64,000 bases of DNA from Pseudovirgaria hyperparasitica (lineage: Eukaryota), in NCBI GenBank assembly GCA_010093815.1, contig ML996586.1. One strand, given 5' to 3'. Made by a program: the position numbers and the translations under genes. A model generated the notes under the pieces. It saw only the letters and a program-made list of their open reading frames with translations. It was not told the origin of the DNA and ran no database searches. Of this stretch, positions 50,306-61,969 are shown one piece after another (within the stretch, counting starts at the first letter, position 1; each line of letters begins with the position of its first letter).

Positions 50306-51433
50306 CTACAACACGTTCTCCGGCGAGATCGGTGTTGGATCCGTGCCAACGAGTCTGTCCCGAAGGAACTGTGCCCGTGGCGACGACTGTCCCGGGTCTG
50401 TCTGACGTTGCGATGGCAACCGTCTTCGCAGCCTGCGTAGCGGGAGGTCGTCAGAATCATGAGCCCATCTTGTCACAGGGGAGTCGGCGGGTTCGCCAAA
50501 CCCAGTCCGATCCGGGGAAGCTTCGTCAATCCCATTTGCCACTCGTAGGAAATGCGAGTTCACAGGCCATGAATGACCTGGAACCATTTCCGGACCGAGG
50601 AAGAATTGTCTGAGATTACGTTGCCAGCCGAGATCCCACGGGTTATTCCTAACACCAGTGATCACTACGCGCTGGCGTCCCCTGCTACCTGTGATCAGGA
50701 GGTATCCAATCCTCCGCCTCTCGTTCCCACGGATATTCCGTACGACGAGGTTGGTCCAGATCCCTGCTGTCCACACCCACACGCAGACGAAGATCCAGGC
50801 ACCAAGAAAGACCCCCATGTGGACGTATAGCCAGACGCCACGGGTCTCTGGTCGTGTAAAGGCTACCCCCAATGCGACCACCATGATGATGATGTAACAG
50901 CTGATCGCGGTCATACCTATGACGTACGCCACCTGGTTGTCACGCCAGATGGGCGCCATCAGGTACCGGCACCAGTGGTCGTAAAGGGGGAGACAACACT
51001 GTTCCGCCGAACAGTGGAACACGCGGCTATGCTGCCAGATCTCACATTTTTCGCACCACCTGGGTGCCCCTGCCTCGTTCCTGACCCGAAGAAAACGTAC
51101 ACCCTCTACAGGGTAGCTCCGTTCCTGGTGGTACGGGCGCCGAAAACGGCCGACAAGGAAAACACGAGCAAAGGCAACGACCCAGGTGAGCCAGAAGAAC
51201 GATAGAAAGGCGAGCAAGGCCGGTCGAAACCGAACACGTGGCTTCAGAGCACCCTGCCAACTGGCGCCCTGGTAGCTGTAACGCGATGGCTCGACACCTA
51301 AAGAACCATGATTAGCTACGATGGCTATTCGAAAAGCAAGATGCTGCGTACCATAGATCATTACGATCAGTGCCACCATCGAGTAAATGGCAAACAAAAG
51401 GTGAAGAACGGCCTGGTACCGCGGGACCCACAT
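50306..51433 (-). CDS. Divergent DHHC-family palmitoyltransferase-like membrane protein (DHWC motif), intronless
   Basis: PRWCEKCEIWQHSRVFHCSAEQCCLPLYDHWC Cys-rich domain flanked by four TM segments, and NPWDLGWQRNLRQFF (PaCCT-like) motif. Confidence 0.75.
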   Translation of the reverse strand: MWVPRYQAVLHLLFAIYSMVALIVMIYGTQHLAFRIAIVANHGSLGVEPSRYSYQGASWQGALKPRVRFRPALLAFLSFFWLTWVVAFARVFLVGRFRRPYHQERSYPVEGVRFLRVRNEAGAPRWCEKCEIWQHSRVFHCSAEQCCLPLYDHWCRYLMAPIWRDNQVAYVIGMTAISCYIIIMVVALGVAFTRPETRGVWLYVHMGVFLGAWIFVCVWVWTAGIWTNLVVRNIRGNERRRIGYLLITGSRGRQRVVITGVRNNPWDLGWQRNLRQFFLGPEMVPGHSWPVNSHFLRVANGIDEASPDRTGFGEPADSPVTRWAHDSDDLPLRRLRRRLPSQRQTDPGQSSPRAQFLRDRLVGTDPTPISPENVL

Positions 51434-52945
51434 CGTAAAAAATTGGCTTTAAAAAGCACGAGAAACAGTCGAATGATCAACTTGGTAACGCAAAATATGA
51501 GTCCCGGTATGAGGAGAAGAAAGAGAGTAGACAAGCGGGAACACGAATAAATAAGAAGTCAATTGTGCGGAAACTGCTCCTTCCCTCCTCCCTAAGCGAT
51601 TGCCGACTTACACCAGCACCGCGATTTCCTGTTCTCTACACCTCGCACCTAGAAGGAAAGCACCAGCCCACTACGAATTCGCGCGATTGATCCAAGGAGA
51701 TGTGCCTGCCAGGTGGCTTGTAGTGTATGATGTCGGTTATCCAGTATACATTCACCTACTCAGTGACCGTGTGGCGATAGTATCAGTTTTTTACCTTGCC
51801 AACAATTTTTTGGAACTCTCTCGACTGATGGGATTGGATTCTACCTTCCTATCACAACGGTCCCCAGTTTGCTTGACTGTGGTGCATGCTGAATGCTTTT
51901 CATCACACAGAACTCTTGTTTGTGCCGGCAGGTGCCAACTGCGGCTCGGGCCACTTTCAATTAGATATACCGTTGGTGTCCTTGTCTGTCGAGCCAAATC
52001 GTTGCGAAAGCAACGGACATGTTTCTTGCTCACCCGGGCAGACGTTAACAATGTAATATCTCCTTCTTCATTACCTATGACTTTGGTTTCCTTATGTGGA
52101 ACCTCTGATAATCACTCCCTCATCACAGGAACCTTGGGTTTCCGGTACTGTGGTGCTCAATTCATACCTACCTGCCTTGAGTATTCCTCTATTCTTCGAT
52201 TTACAACACCTGAATACTGCTTGCCAGGGACACATGTCTATGGTGGCTTCAGCACGCAGAATTCTAGCTTCCACTCAACTACTTCTATTCGTGCAATCTC
52301 TCCTTGCTCTTATACCTCAAGACGCTCTTGAAACGTCACATCGTATGGGCATGGGCATCAAGACATGCGCGGCTTGGTTGAGCACCCCGCCACAAGCTGC
52401 AATTTTGATGATCGGACGATAGTGGCCTTATATGTGGAAGCTGAGTTTGATTGACATGATGCGGCGCTGTTCGCGGTCAATGTTTGGCTGCTCACCAATC
52501 TGAGGCGCGCTGAAATATTCGGATGAAGTGCAGCGAGGTATGTTACTTTCAACCATTTGATTTCGACTTACAAACAGCTAAATCTAGGAGCCACGCTGCA
52601 GCTCTAGTAGTGCGTGTCAGCGAGAATCTCTGCAGCTCATGAAGCCGCAATTTGTCGTCGAGTTTCATTTATGCTCTACATGGAGCCATGCCATCTCGGG
52701 AACATCAGCAGCTACCCAATAGAGCCAAACCATGCTAGTTCTGATCCCATATGCTGCGATGGCGGGTAAGTCTCATACAAAATGAATGATGATGCTCCAA
52801 CGCCATGCCTGCCAAGTACGCCATCCAAGTGTCCGAGAGAGTGTGTGTCAGAGGTGGCGATATAGTATTAATGATGGGTCGGTCGCGAATCGTAGCGCGT
52901 ACCAATAGCTGTAATGCAGAGATGCCATAAGGCATACGGACCAGT

Positions 52946-54993
52946 TCAATCACGGAGAAAGTCCTTGCGAACGTTTATGAATGCGCCAGCGCCACCGGCC
53001 TCACCCAGTTCACTGACAAGAACTTCGGTCTGCTGACACAGACGCTCCAATGCCGCGGATGATGATTTGCCAAGGGATACTGGACTGTCTCAGCTTTCAA
53101 TATCTTATTGTAATAAATATGAACTCACCTAGAATCGCGCTGTTCAACTCCTCTGCGACAGACACCCTCTCCTCATCATTAAGCATAGACCCTATGACAG
53201 AGTCTTTAGGGTCATGGTATGCCATTAACGCGAATGCGGTATTCAATGACTTTGTGATCTCTCTTCTTGGATCTTTGCTGAATTCGCTCCTGAGTTCCGT
53301 GCCGTACTGTATAGCTTCATTTGTTAGCTGGTCGATACGCTCATGGACGTCGCCGTCTTCAGTGTCCATCTTGTCCCAGTCAGAGGGTCCATTTCCCGCA
53401 TTGAGCTGATCATCTAGCTCCATTTGATGGTCAAATACACCCTCGTAATCGTTAGCATGGCCGTTCGTGCTGTTTCGAGATTTAGAAGGTAGTGCAGACT
53501 GTAAATCTGCAATCTTCTTCATCATTTCAATAAACTTCCTTCTCTTAAGTTGAAACTCGATTGTTTCATTGTCTTCTAAAACAGCAGGATAAAATGTTTT
53601 CGTCAGTTTCAACGCTTTGTCGATGTTGCCCTCGAGTATGGCCGATCGTATTTCTGCATAAGTGAGCTACAAAGTCCAGATCTTATTGCACACGAATACA
53701 TACTTTGTCGATTGACTGCATGAACATCTTCTTCGGTGACCAACCAATCATATGGCGGAGCCTGACCTGTTAACGCCCTGTTCTCGTTCGTTATTTCCTG
53801 TGCAAACGCCTGGGCAGTCTCGACATATCCGTCGTGTGCCAGGTACTGCATAATCAAACGCTGCACCAAAGTCTGTTCGGTCTCCGACGGATTGACGGAC
53901 AGTGATTTGATACTAGCGGCTGAGATCTGTCTCTGGATGATCAACTTCTCACTCTGCGGATAAGTTAGTCTCAGAGGTCACTGTCCTGCATATTTCTGCT
54001 CAATACACATACCCTCATCATTGAATCGATGTCATAAAGGAAAGGTGTCTGGCCAAAGTTTGCTTTCAAAAGTTCACCCGGTTTCTTCAAACCGATTGCA
54101 GGGTATATGATGTCTGATCGTATGTCTTTAAAGGCTTGCTTGAGGAAGGTGCCGTTTCTGGTAAAGAAGGCAGTGCCGTCCCTAAAGTTCACTCCGCACC
54201 CAATGGTGTCGCCGTTCACAAACTTCGGTCCGTATGGTTTCCCTGATTGTTGACAACAAAAGCTGTTCCCATCGTCTCCGTGCCATGCCCATGAATTGGG
54301 CTCCCAGCCTGGCAATCGATTCATCGGTGTCTTCTTGTCCGTGAATCCTATGGCAACGAATATCTCCTTTCCTCTTGACTGTACAGTGACTTCGTAATAA
54401 TAGATGCCACATGCTCGTGGCATGGGATGGTCTGTCCGAATCGCCGCACCCTCATCCTGTGGCCCCTTCAGCACCGAGTTCAGCTGTACGTCCAGCCCTT
54501 CCGGTTGCTTCAACAAGATCTCGTGGTGTTTGTCTGCGTCGTTCCATCTTGAAGGCAGTGGCGCCACTGGCCCTTCGACTATAACCGGCACTCTTTCAAC
54601 AATCTCATGCGTCATTCCTCGGTGTGACGGTACCATCTTGTGTAGGTTGACACTACTGGAACTTGTAGACAAGCTTCCGGGGTTACTAGAGGGGTCGCTC
54701 CGTCCATCTCGACCTATTCGGACCTTCGCCTTGTAGGCCTCTTCTAATCGCTCTGCGTGCCTTGAACCCTTCAGGTAGCTCGGGATGAAGAATGTGGAGG
54801 TCATAGCTGGGGATATTGGGTCTGAAAGGTCTGGCAATCGTCGTGCGGCCTCGTTCGAGTTGTGTACCAGAAGCGGAGGTCGCGTGTGGGGTAGACTTCG
54901 GGCAGGATAGCCCTCGGTGGACTGGGCGAAGGTCGCGGCAGCGCCAGATAGAACGGCGGAGTATGAGGGTCCAGCAGGGCCTCCAGATGCCAT
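52946..54993 (-). CDS. RanBP9/10-like (Vid30/Gid1-type) SPRY-LisH-CTLH-CRA protein
   Basis: SPRY (YYYEVTV, RLPGWEPNSWAWHGDDG, ANFGQTPF), LisH (LIMQYLAHDGYVETA), CTLH (FQLKRRKFIEM) and CRA (AFALMAY, VAEELNSAIL, SLGKSSSAALERL); three introns. Confidence 0.88.
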
Positions 54994-55263
54994 AATTGAA
55001 TGGGACGGGAACGTAGAGCGGGCATGCTACGGCGAGGACTGCCCTGCGACCATGACGGCGGAGTTGAAGTGAGGTTGGAGGTTATGCTGGCGACAGTAGC
55101 GCTAAATCTCCATGATAGGTAGTTACCTAGCTTAAGTCGCGACTGGTCGCGTACTTCTGCCTGAGGCATACTGAATCAATGACTACTTAGGACCACAAGA
55201 TACAATCGTCAACCACCAGCTCCGCTACTATATTTCCGCTACATCACACGCGCCTGCACCACA

Positions 55264-56102
55264 ATGCCAGCCCGCAAGAAACTCATCGTCAAACTCAAGC
55301 TGGCCCCGAAGACACTCCGATCATTAGAGCCAGAACACAAACCATCTGCTTCTGAGCAAGCGTCCTCCCCAGAGCCTTCATCCAATCCAATCATATCGAC
55401 TGCGCCTTCTCCTTCAGACGCTCTCGCGAAGTCCGAGAACGCAACCCCAATTCCAAATGACCCTTCAGCCGCCGCGACGCCAGTTGGTGCGTCAGAATCA
55501 ACGCCAGCGCCATCATCGCTTCAAGTCCCATCCAACCCTCTACAGAAGAAGCCCGGCAGGCCAGGACCAAAGCCCGGCACGAAGCGCGGGTCGCAGCTGA
55601 TGGACAATGGTCAGCCAAAGCCGCGAGGCAAGCCAGGACCGAAGAAGAAACCAAGACTGTAAGTCTAGCCCTGCGGGCGCATAGATGTGCACGCGCAAGC
55701 GACATGAAGCCTCAACTCATCTCTCTCCGAGACTGCTCAACCATAACTGATATACTGAACAGTGACGATGCGGCCGCAACATCAACGCCATTTTCCACTG
55801 GTCCGGCGATAAATGTCCCCAAACTTGGTCCAAAGGCCAATCTCGGCGCCATAAATGCTGGTCTGCGAGCACTGGACCGCACCGGCAAACCCACGCGGAG
55901 ATGGACGAAGCAGCCTTTCGAACTGAAATCATTCACAGGTGTCAAATATACAGTCAACGTATGGCGAGCGCCGCGGAAATCCATCGTGGCAGATATCGAT
56001 GGCTCAAATAACGAGAATGTGGGAGTGAAGGATGAGGAGGGTGTAGATAAGACTGAGGTGGACGGAGATACAACGATGGTCGATGTGTCAGAAATTGCAT
56101 GA
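55264..56102 (+). CDS. INO80 complex subunit Ies4-like protein
   Basis: KLIVKLKL N-terminus, KPGPKKKPRL, then after intron 55659-55762 KLGPKANLGAINAGLRALDRTGKPTRRW...LKSFTGV. Confidence 0.8.
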
Positions 56103-56648
56103 TAGGCCAAGGGCGTTGGGTGTTGTATTTCATATGGGTATATGCTGAATTGGAATGGAGTCTGGGGTATCGATACACTCACAGGATATGGTAGGTTGTC
56201 ACAGACCTAGGCTTGGGAATGAATTATACGGTGGTTTTCAATCAGGCGCTTGGGTGGAAAATTGCATGCTAGGTGCGCTATTATGGAACTGCTTTGTTAA
56301 AACACATCACCTCCGACTTCTCACATTGCATTCCGTTATGTATTAGTCGCTTAGTTTTCAAGATTCTGTCAACGTTGCCGTCTTTCAACTGCATAGTTCA
56401 GGTGTTATGTCAGTCCTAGCGACAGGAATCTCAATTTAGCCTCTTGCATAAATTGACCTTCCATATCCCCGCCATTTCGTGTGCGTCTCTTGGTATAGCC
56501 CATGATCTAGCTAGTTTAGAGCGATATGTTCAATCGTCGGTCAATGGAAATTCTGTTTAGCCAGGCCGGAAGCTTCTTGATGAAGTTATTTCTCACGCAA
56601 ATGTGCCACTCAATATCGTACAAGAGATGATCCCCTTCTCTTCACCAA

Positions 56649-59102
56649 TCAGGCAGAAGCATTATTGAAGATGTCTTCAGCGGTTATGACATAACGAAAC
56701 GCACACAGGACACCGCTCTCCTGGAAGTCTCCTGGTCTTTCACTACGAATCTGCCGAACAATCCCTAGTGGACCGATACTTGCGTCTTGCAGTACAGTCG
56801 GCTTGGCGTAGGTGATGATACTGTCCAGGCTCAGCTCGGGGACCTCGAAGTTCGGTACGGTTTCCACGGTGTATCCTGAGGCGCCACGACGCCGAGGCCC
56901 TGAACCTTTGGGATTCACGCTACCGACACTTTGCTTACGCTTGGACATAGCAGACACAGAATTGAGCTTCGAGGTACTGTGTATAGTACTGTTCTGTCTG
57001 CGTAATGGTATACTGATAGCAGGGGTGGGTAGGCTTCTAGCTGATGCCTTATTTCGGAGCACAGTTCTCAGAGACGGGGCAGTAGCGGTCGCCATTACAG
57101 GCGCTGAAGGAATAACCAAAGATACGTCATGCGTTGCAGTTTTAGAGTCCACAATTGAATCATCCGTCACTGCATGCCCGGTTTCTGGCGGCGATGAACG
57201 AAGCAACATTTTCGGCATCCTCTCTGACTTCAAGATAGCACGTGCTTCTAACGGTAGATAGGCCCCGAATGAGTTATTTGTTCGGCGTCGATGATTAGTG
57301 GGTGGGATCCTCCACGGGGCATCTGATAGGGACTTGCCTCCGCGAACAGCAGGAGCTGGAGCCGTCAAATGCTGGGTGGAAGGTTGATTAACAAATAGCG
57401 GTCTCCGTTCGGCCCCTGAGCTTGCCGCGATGTGAGCTGTGGAAGTCAATTTGGGCTTGGTTAGCGGCGACGACTCGCGCTTTGGATTAGACAGGTCTGG
57501 GGCTGGGAGCTCAGACTGACCGTCATCATTACGTAGGTTGGAACGTGGATGCTCGTCGTACTCAACTGCAGAACGAGGGTTTTTGACTCCTTGTGGCGTA
57601 TCGAGAAATTTAGGGGTTGACAACTCTCGGTTCACAATGACGCTCCCGCCGGACGATATAACGATACGACTGAGTGATGACGGACTCCTCAGAGGACTAG
57701 CCGGACTCTCGCTGGTGACTGTAGGTACATGGGAAGGTCTAGTGCTGCCAGTTGTAGCAGTCACACATTGTCTTTTGTGACCAGAGAGAGGCTCAGAGAG
57801 AGGCCCAGAGAGATCGAAAGAATCAGGACAAATTCGCTTCATTGTCTCACTCAGATTATCTTGATCTAAGCCTTTCTCACCAACCGATTGAACTCTAATG
57901 CCACCTCTTCTATGGCGACTATTTCCAGGACTGCTTATGTAATCGGGAGAATCTGTGGACATGTCCAGGCTTTCATGTGAAGCAAGCATATCCGACCGTA
58001 AATGCGGAGTAGGTGGAGGTATCACCGCATAGCCTTTCCCTTGACTGGATGGTGGTTCAAGTGCAGCAAACGTCTCTGACAGCGTGGACAGATCCTGGTC
58101 GATTGAGCGCTCATTTGTATAAGGACTGTCATCCAGGTCCATTGTCAGCGCAGGTGCTGCGGAGGGGGGCGTGTTCAAATAATTCTGTGCCGTTTTCGGC
58201 TTGTAAAGAGGAGCATCTTCGGGAGTTTCAAAACTATAGCGGGAGTCTAGCATATATGATGGACTTTTCATATACACGGCATTGCTTGTATCGCGTTTCT
58301 TCCCTCTTCCCAGAGATACGACCACGTCGATGACGCCAAACTTTTGCCCGCCGGCTCTTTGTGAATTTGCGAATACGCCTGGCATTGGAATCGCAGCCAA
58401 GCACTGAAGATAATCGCCAAGAGGTTGTCTCTCGCCATGCTCGTTGTATCCATATCTTGCAGACTCTCTTGCAATCTCAGCTGAGATCTCAGTCCAGCGA
58501 TCCTCTGCACTCAACATGCCAGACTTTCTCCGCTTTAGAGGTCGCATGGATCCATCGGGTTCTTGTCCGTCAGGAATTATGACCCAGGGGCGTTCCAACA
58601 TGAACGTAAAGCGACAACCAGAGAAGCACTGCATCAGCTCTTCCGGTCTGTTTGCGGATCTCGCCGGGATATATTTCGAGTTACACTGATTTCCATTGAA
58701 GAACACTGATATCATGAGATCTTGTGCGGCGCGCCCACCTGCTGGCATTGATGTGCTGCTCTTGAGGTCCTTAAGAAAGGTCCCTTTACTGGGTGTGACC
58801 TGTACGGCGAGGGCATGGGGCGAGAGTTCGTGGTCTGAGGTGTCGCGTACAGCATCGTAGACCACGCCGCGGAGGAAGAAGGGCACATTGAGGCTCTGTC
58901 CGAGAAAACTTATGTGATCGCTCGGATGGTCAGAAAGGGCTCTCTCGCGCAAGATTGACCCACCCAAAAGGGCTGCTGCAGCTCTGTCGCTGGCCTCGGT
59001 GGCATTTTGCCCTTTCTTCTTCTCTGGATTGGTAGTTGTTGAGTGTCTGAGTGAAGCTGTACGGAGGTAGACCGAAGTGCCTGCGCTACGATACGTTGGC
59101 AT
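56649..59102 (-). CDS. Hypothetical fungal protein, ~817 aa, with disordered centre
   Basis: Long single ORF with ordered-looking blocks (DLMISVFFNG, FSGCRF..ERPWVI, FGVIDVVVSLG, RQIRSERPGDFQESGVL); function not recognised. Confidence 0.7.
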   Translation of the reverse strand: MPTYRSAGTSVYLRTASLRHSTTTNPEKKKGQNATEASDRAAAALLGGSILRERALSDHPSDHISFLGQSLNVPFFLRGVVYDAVRDTSDHELSPHALAVQVTPSKGTFLKDLKSSTSMPAGGRAAQDLMISVFFNGNQCNSKYIPARSANRPEELMQCFSGCRFTFMLERPWVIIPDGQEPDGSMRPLKRRKSGMLSAEDRWTEISAEIARESARYGYNEHGERQPLGDYLQCLAAIPMPGVFANSQRAGGQKFGVIDVVVSLGRGKKRDTSNAVYMKSPSYMLDSRYSFETPEDAPLYKPKTAQNYLNTPPSAAPALTMDLDDSPYTNERSIDQDLSTLSETFAALEPPSSQGKGYAVIPPPTPHLRSDMLASHESLDMSTDSPDYISSPGNSRHRRGGIRVQSVGEKGLDQDNLSETMKRICPDSFDLSGPLSEPLSGHKRQCVTATTGSTRPSHVPTVTSESPASPLRSPSSLSRIVISSGGSVIVNRELSTPKFLDTPQGVKNPRSAVEYDEHPRSNLRNDDGQSELPAPDLSNPKRESSPLTKPKLTSTAHIAASSGAERRPLFVNQPSTQHLTAPAPAVRGGKSLSDAPWRIPPTNHRRRTNNSFGAYLPLEARAILKSERMPKMLLRSSPPETGHAVTDDSIVDSKTATHDVSLVIPSAPVMATATAPSLRTVLRNKASARSLPTPAISIPLRRQNSTIHSTSKLNSVSAMSKRKQSVGSVNPKGSGPRRRGASGYTVETVPNFEVPELSLDSIITYAKPTVLQDASIGPLGIVRQIRSERPGDFQESGVLCAFRYVITAEDIFNNASA

Positions 59103-59476
59103 GATGGGCAGACTTGCATATGAGTTTGGAAAAACGGTGTGGAGCTGGTTGACGGAAGACAATTGGCACACAGGAAGGCCGCGGTGAATAGAGAAATTCT
59201 GGTGACGCGCCCACGGAAAGCTGCAGTTCGCGGCTCAATTTCACCGCCGGGCCACAACAAACATTGTGCAACGCAAATTCACAAGAGAGGACATCAGCTG
59301 TCTTAGAAAAGAGACAGAACACAATTGGGATAAAAATAACAAAACGCAGACGATATTGAAGTTCAAATGCACATGCGTCCCAGCGAACCGCACAATGTGC
59401 TGAAAAAAGTGACACTTACTTTTGAAAACCCACCATTGTTGGCGACAACCACCCAAATGTAAACAGCACTGGTTGG

Positions 59477-60310
59477 TCAATCAACTATGATACCAATCGG
59501 AGGACCACCTATTGTATCTCCTAGTTCTACCACAGTTCTGTCGTATACCTTTGCTGTTTCCATTTCCCAAGAAACATGTTCGGCGCCTATACTATCCAGG
59601 TCCACATCGGGGTTCTCAGCATCAGATGGGTCATACACATCTTCAGACATATCTATAGCTTCTTGATCATCCTCTTCAATCTCACCATTAGACATGACAT
59701 CAACGACCGCCACTCGTGTGCGTTGAACGATTCCTTTCAGTCGAACTTTCTGTGTATCTGACACAGTTCTACCGCCCTCAGAGCCGGGAAGAGATTCCCC
59801 AGTATCAATGTCTTGTCCCTGGAGCAATGAGGCGAAGGCTACATCTAACTTGTGGAGTAGTCGAAACATAGTCCGTGGGGAGACTGGGAGACCTGAAATG
59901 CAGTCTACTGCTAGGAGCGATAGAGATAAGAGGTATGGCACTTGTAGACTAGCTATTCGCGGAATGTCATTCGAAGGTTTCCAAAGGGAATCTATTCACT
60001 CACGGGTACCAGATACCCAAACGACATCTACGAGCTTCTCAATGTCGTTACCTGCTTCTTTGAACCTTGTGTAACCCCCAAGGTGGTCTACGTCAGCTGC
60101 ATTACCGCTCCGTTGAGCGAAGTGTCGCTGAATCTGCAGTATCCCATCATCAATATGCCTGATGACAGCAGATTCTTTAGAGCCTCCAAGCCGCAGAGGC
60201 TTAGACCTTGGGCGCGGAAGGGCATAGGGTGCTTGAGAAGAATGTACCGATGAAGCTGGCGGAGACAAGATCTGAGTCTTGAAAAATCCACCCTCAATAG
60301 GGGACGACAT
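59477..60310 (-). CDS. Tfb6-like (TFIIH-associated) protein
   Basis: LPRPRSKPLRLGGSKES, LVDVVWVSGT|PSLQVPYLLSL across intron 60003-59953, FRLLHKLDVAFASLL, TQKVRLKGIVQRTR and AKVYDRT motifs. Confidence 0.7.
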
Positions 60311-61969
60311 GTCGCGGTCTCAACTGTTTTGCGTATTCCAATTGGTATGAAAGAGTCCTAGCAGTGGTGCTATGTATAAGAACCAGAGAACCTACCATAA
60401 TTCACAGGTAACTGGTGAAGCGCATGTGGTGAGGTCAGAGCTGCTCCAAGAAGCGCTTAATTTGCTGCCTCAGGTACAAACTTTTGCTGCCTAACGCAGT
60501 TGAGCACTCTTGGCTTCTCTACCACGGCATGAGTGATTATCCCCAAACTCAGATGAGACGAGAAAGGTGCTGATCATTATAGCCCTTATCAATTTCTAAA
60601 TCTCGCCATGCAGATCCTCCAGCTTTTCCAGTCGTCACCGCATTCAAAATGCCATCAACTACGAAGAAGGCGTTTGGCGGTGAACCCTGGTCACAATATT
60701 TAATATGCATCTACTTCGCTTTACGTGAAACTGAAGCTTAGTAGAACCTGGTCTCGAAATACATTGATTGACTGATTACAGCATTCTTTGCAGTGTCTCT
60801 CATCAACAGGGAAACATGTCGTCATCTTTGGTGGCGTGGTCAGACCTTGTGAGCCGGTAGACAATCAGATTGATGTTGTCGAATTCGACTTGGCTGAATT
60901 AAGTCAAACACCATACTACACACGAGCTCAACAGTATAGTTGACATCCTAGTAGATTCCAGGGTTCAGACCAGGCGCGCCAAGTGTGAATCCCAAGCCGC
61001 AGGTTCCGCATCGACTGCCCTTGGCCGTGGCACATACATCCCTGGTCCAGAGGTTTTTACTATGACACTGATAGTGCGACATGGTAGCTAACGACCGATT
61101 TGGAGTCGTTCTCACTTATGTTCCCAGCGAATACACCAGAGCCACACCGACTTTACTGATCGGAGTGACCACGCTCTGACATCGAACGGCGACTCGTATG
61201 TGTATGTCCATCGGGTTTCCTGGAGTTTGGACGCTCATCCGATCCATGGTCATTCAATTTCCAATCGCGAAAGACAAAGAGACCTGGTGTCAGCCCTTGG
61301 ACTCCTCGCTCCTTCAATTGCGATCTCTAGTGGCAAGCTTTACCTCATAAATAGTTCTGATTGCAAACGTAAACAAAATAAGGCAATCAACATGGACGGT
61401 TCAGTACGGAACTCATGATAAAGCTGAATGTTTACTGCGGACAACACTTCAAGACGGAGTGTGAGGATTGTAGGTGCTCCGGTGCCTATTGTTCGGAACA
61501 ACAAACAGTATTCGTTAACGGTTTTCGGCGAGCAGGACCAAACCTCTCTTGGCCACGCCGATGCTGGCAAATGATAAGTGATGTTTGGGCTTGGAGCTTG
61601 AGTTCTAGAAGTGAAATTAGGTCTATTCATAAGACAGTGTTGGGGGTGGAAGCACCAAAGTTTTTTACTGCGGTCGTTATGAACAAGGATACTGTGATAA
61701 GGTCCGATGGGCTTGCAGATGGCAAAAATTGTTGTACGACATGTGGGTCCTCAAGGCTATCTCAGTACCTTGCCATACGAATGGTTGTTGATTGTGAACA
61801 AACCATATTTGCAGTTTCTTCCCGAAAGTACACGTCACTCTGCATATACATGCGAAGCCCAGTGTACTTTATGTACTCACCTCTTCTCTCTCTGTTTTTT
61901 CCACTCACACGTTTCGATTTCCATTACGACTTTGTCCCACACATCTGAACCCCTTGACACTATCGCACT

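Noticed and set aside
51600..52331. 243-aa plus-strand ORF
   Set aside because: TTG start, no recognisable motif or typical composition; the antisense frame is stop-interrupted.
61415..61948. 177-aa ORF upstream of the dynamin
   Set aside because: No recognisable domain, and it runs into the pyrimidine-rich 5' region of the dynamin gene.
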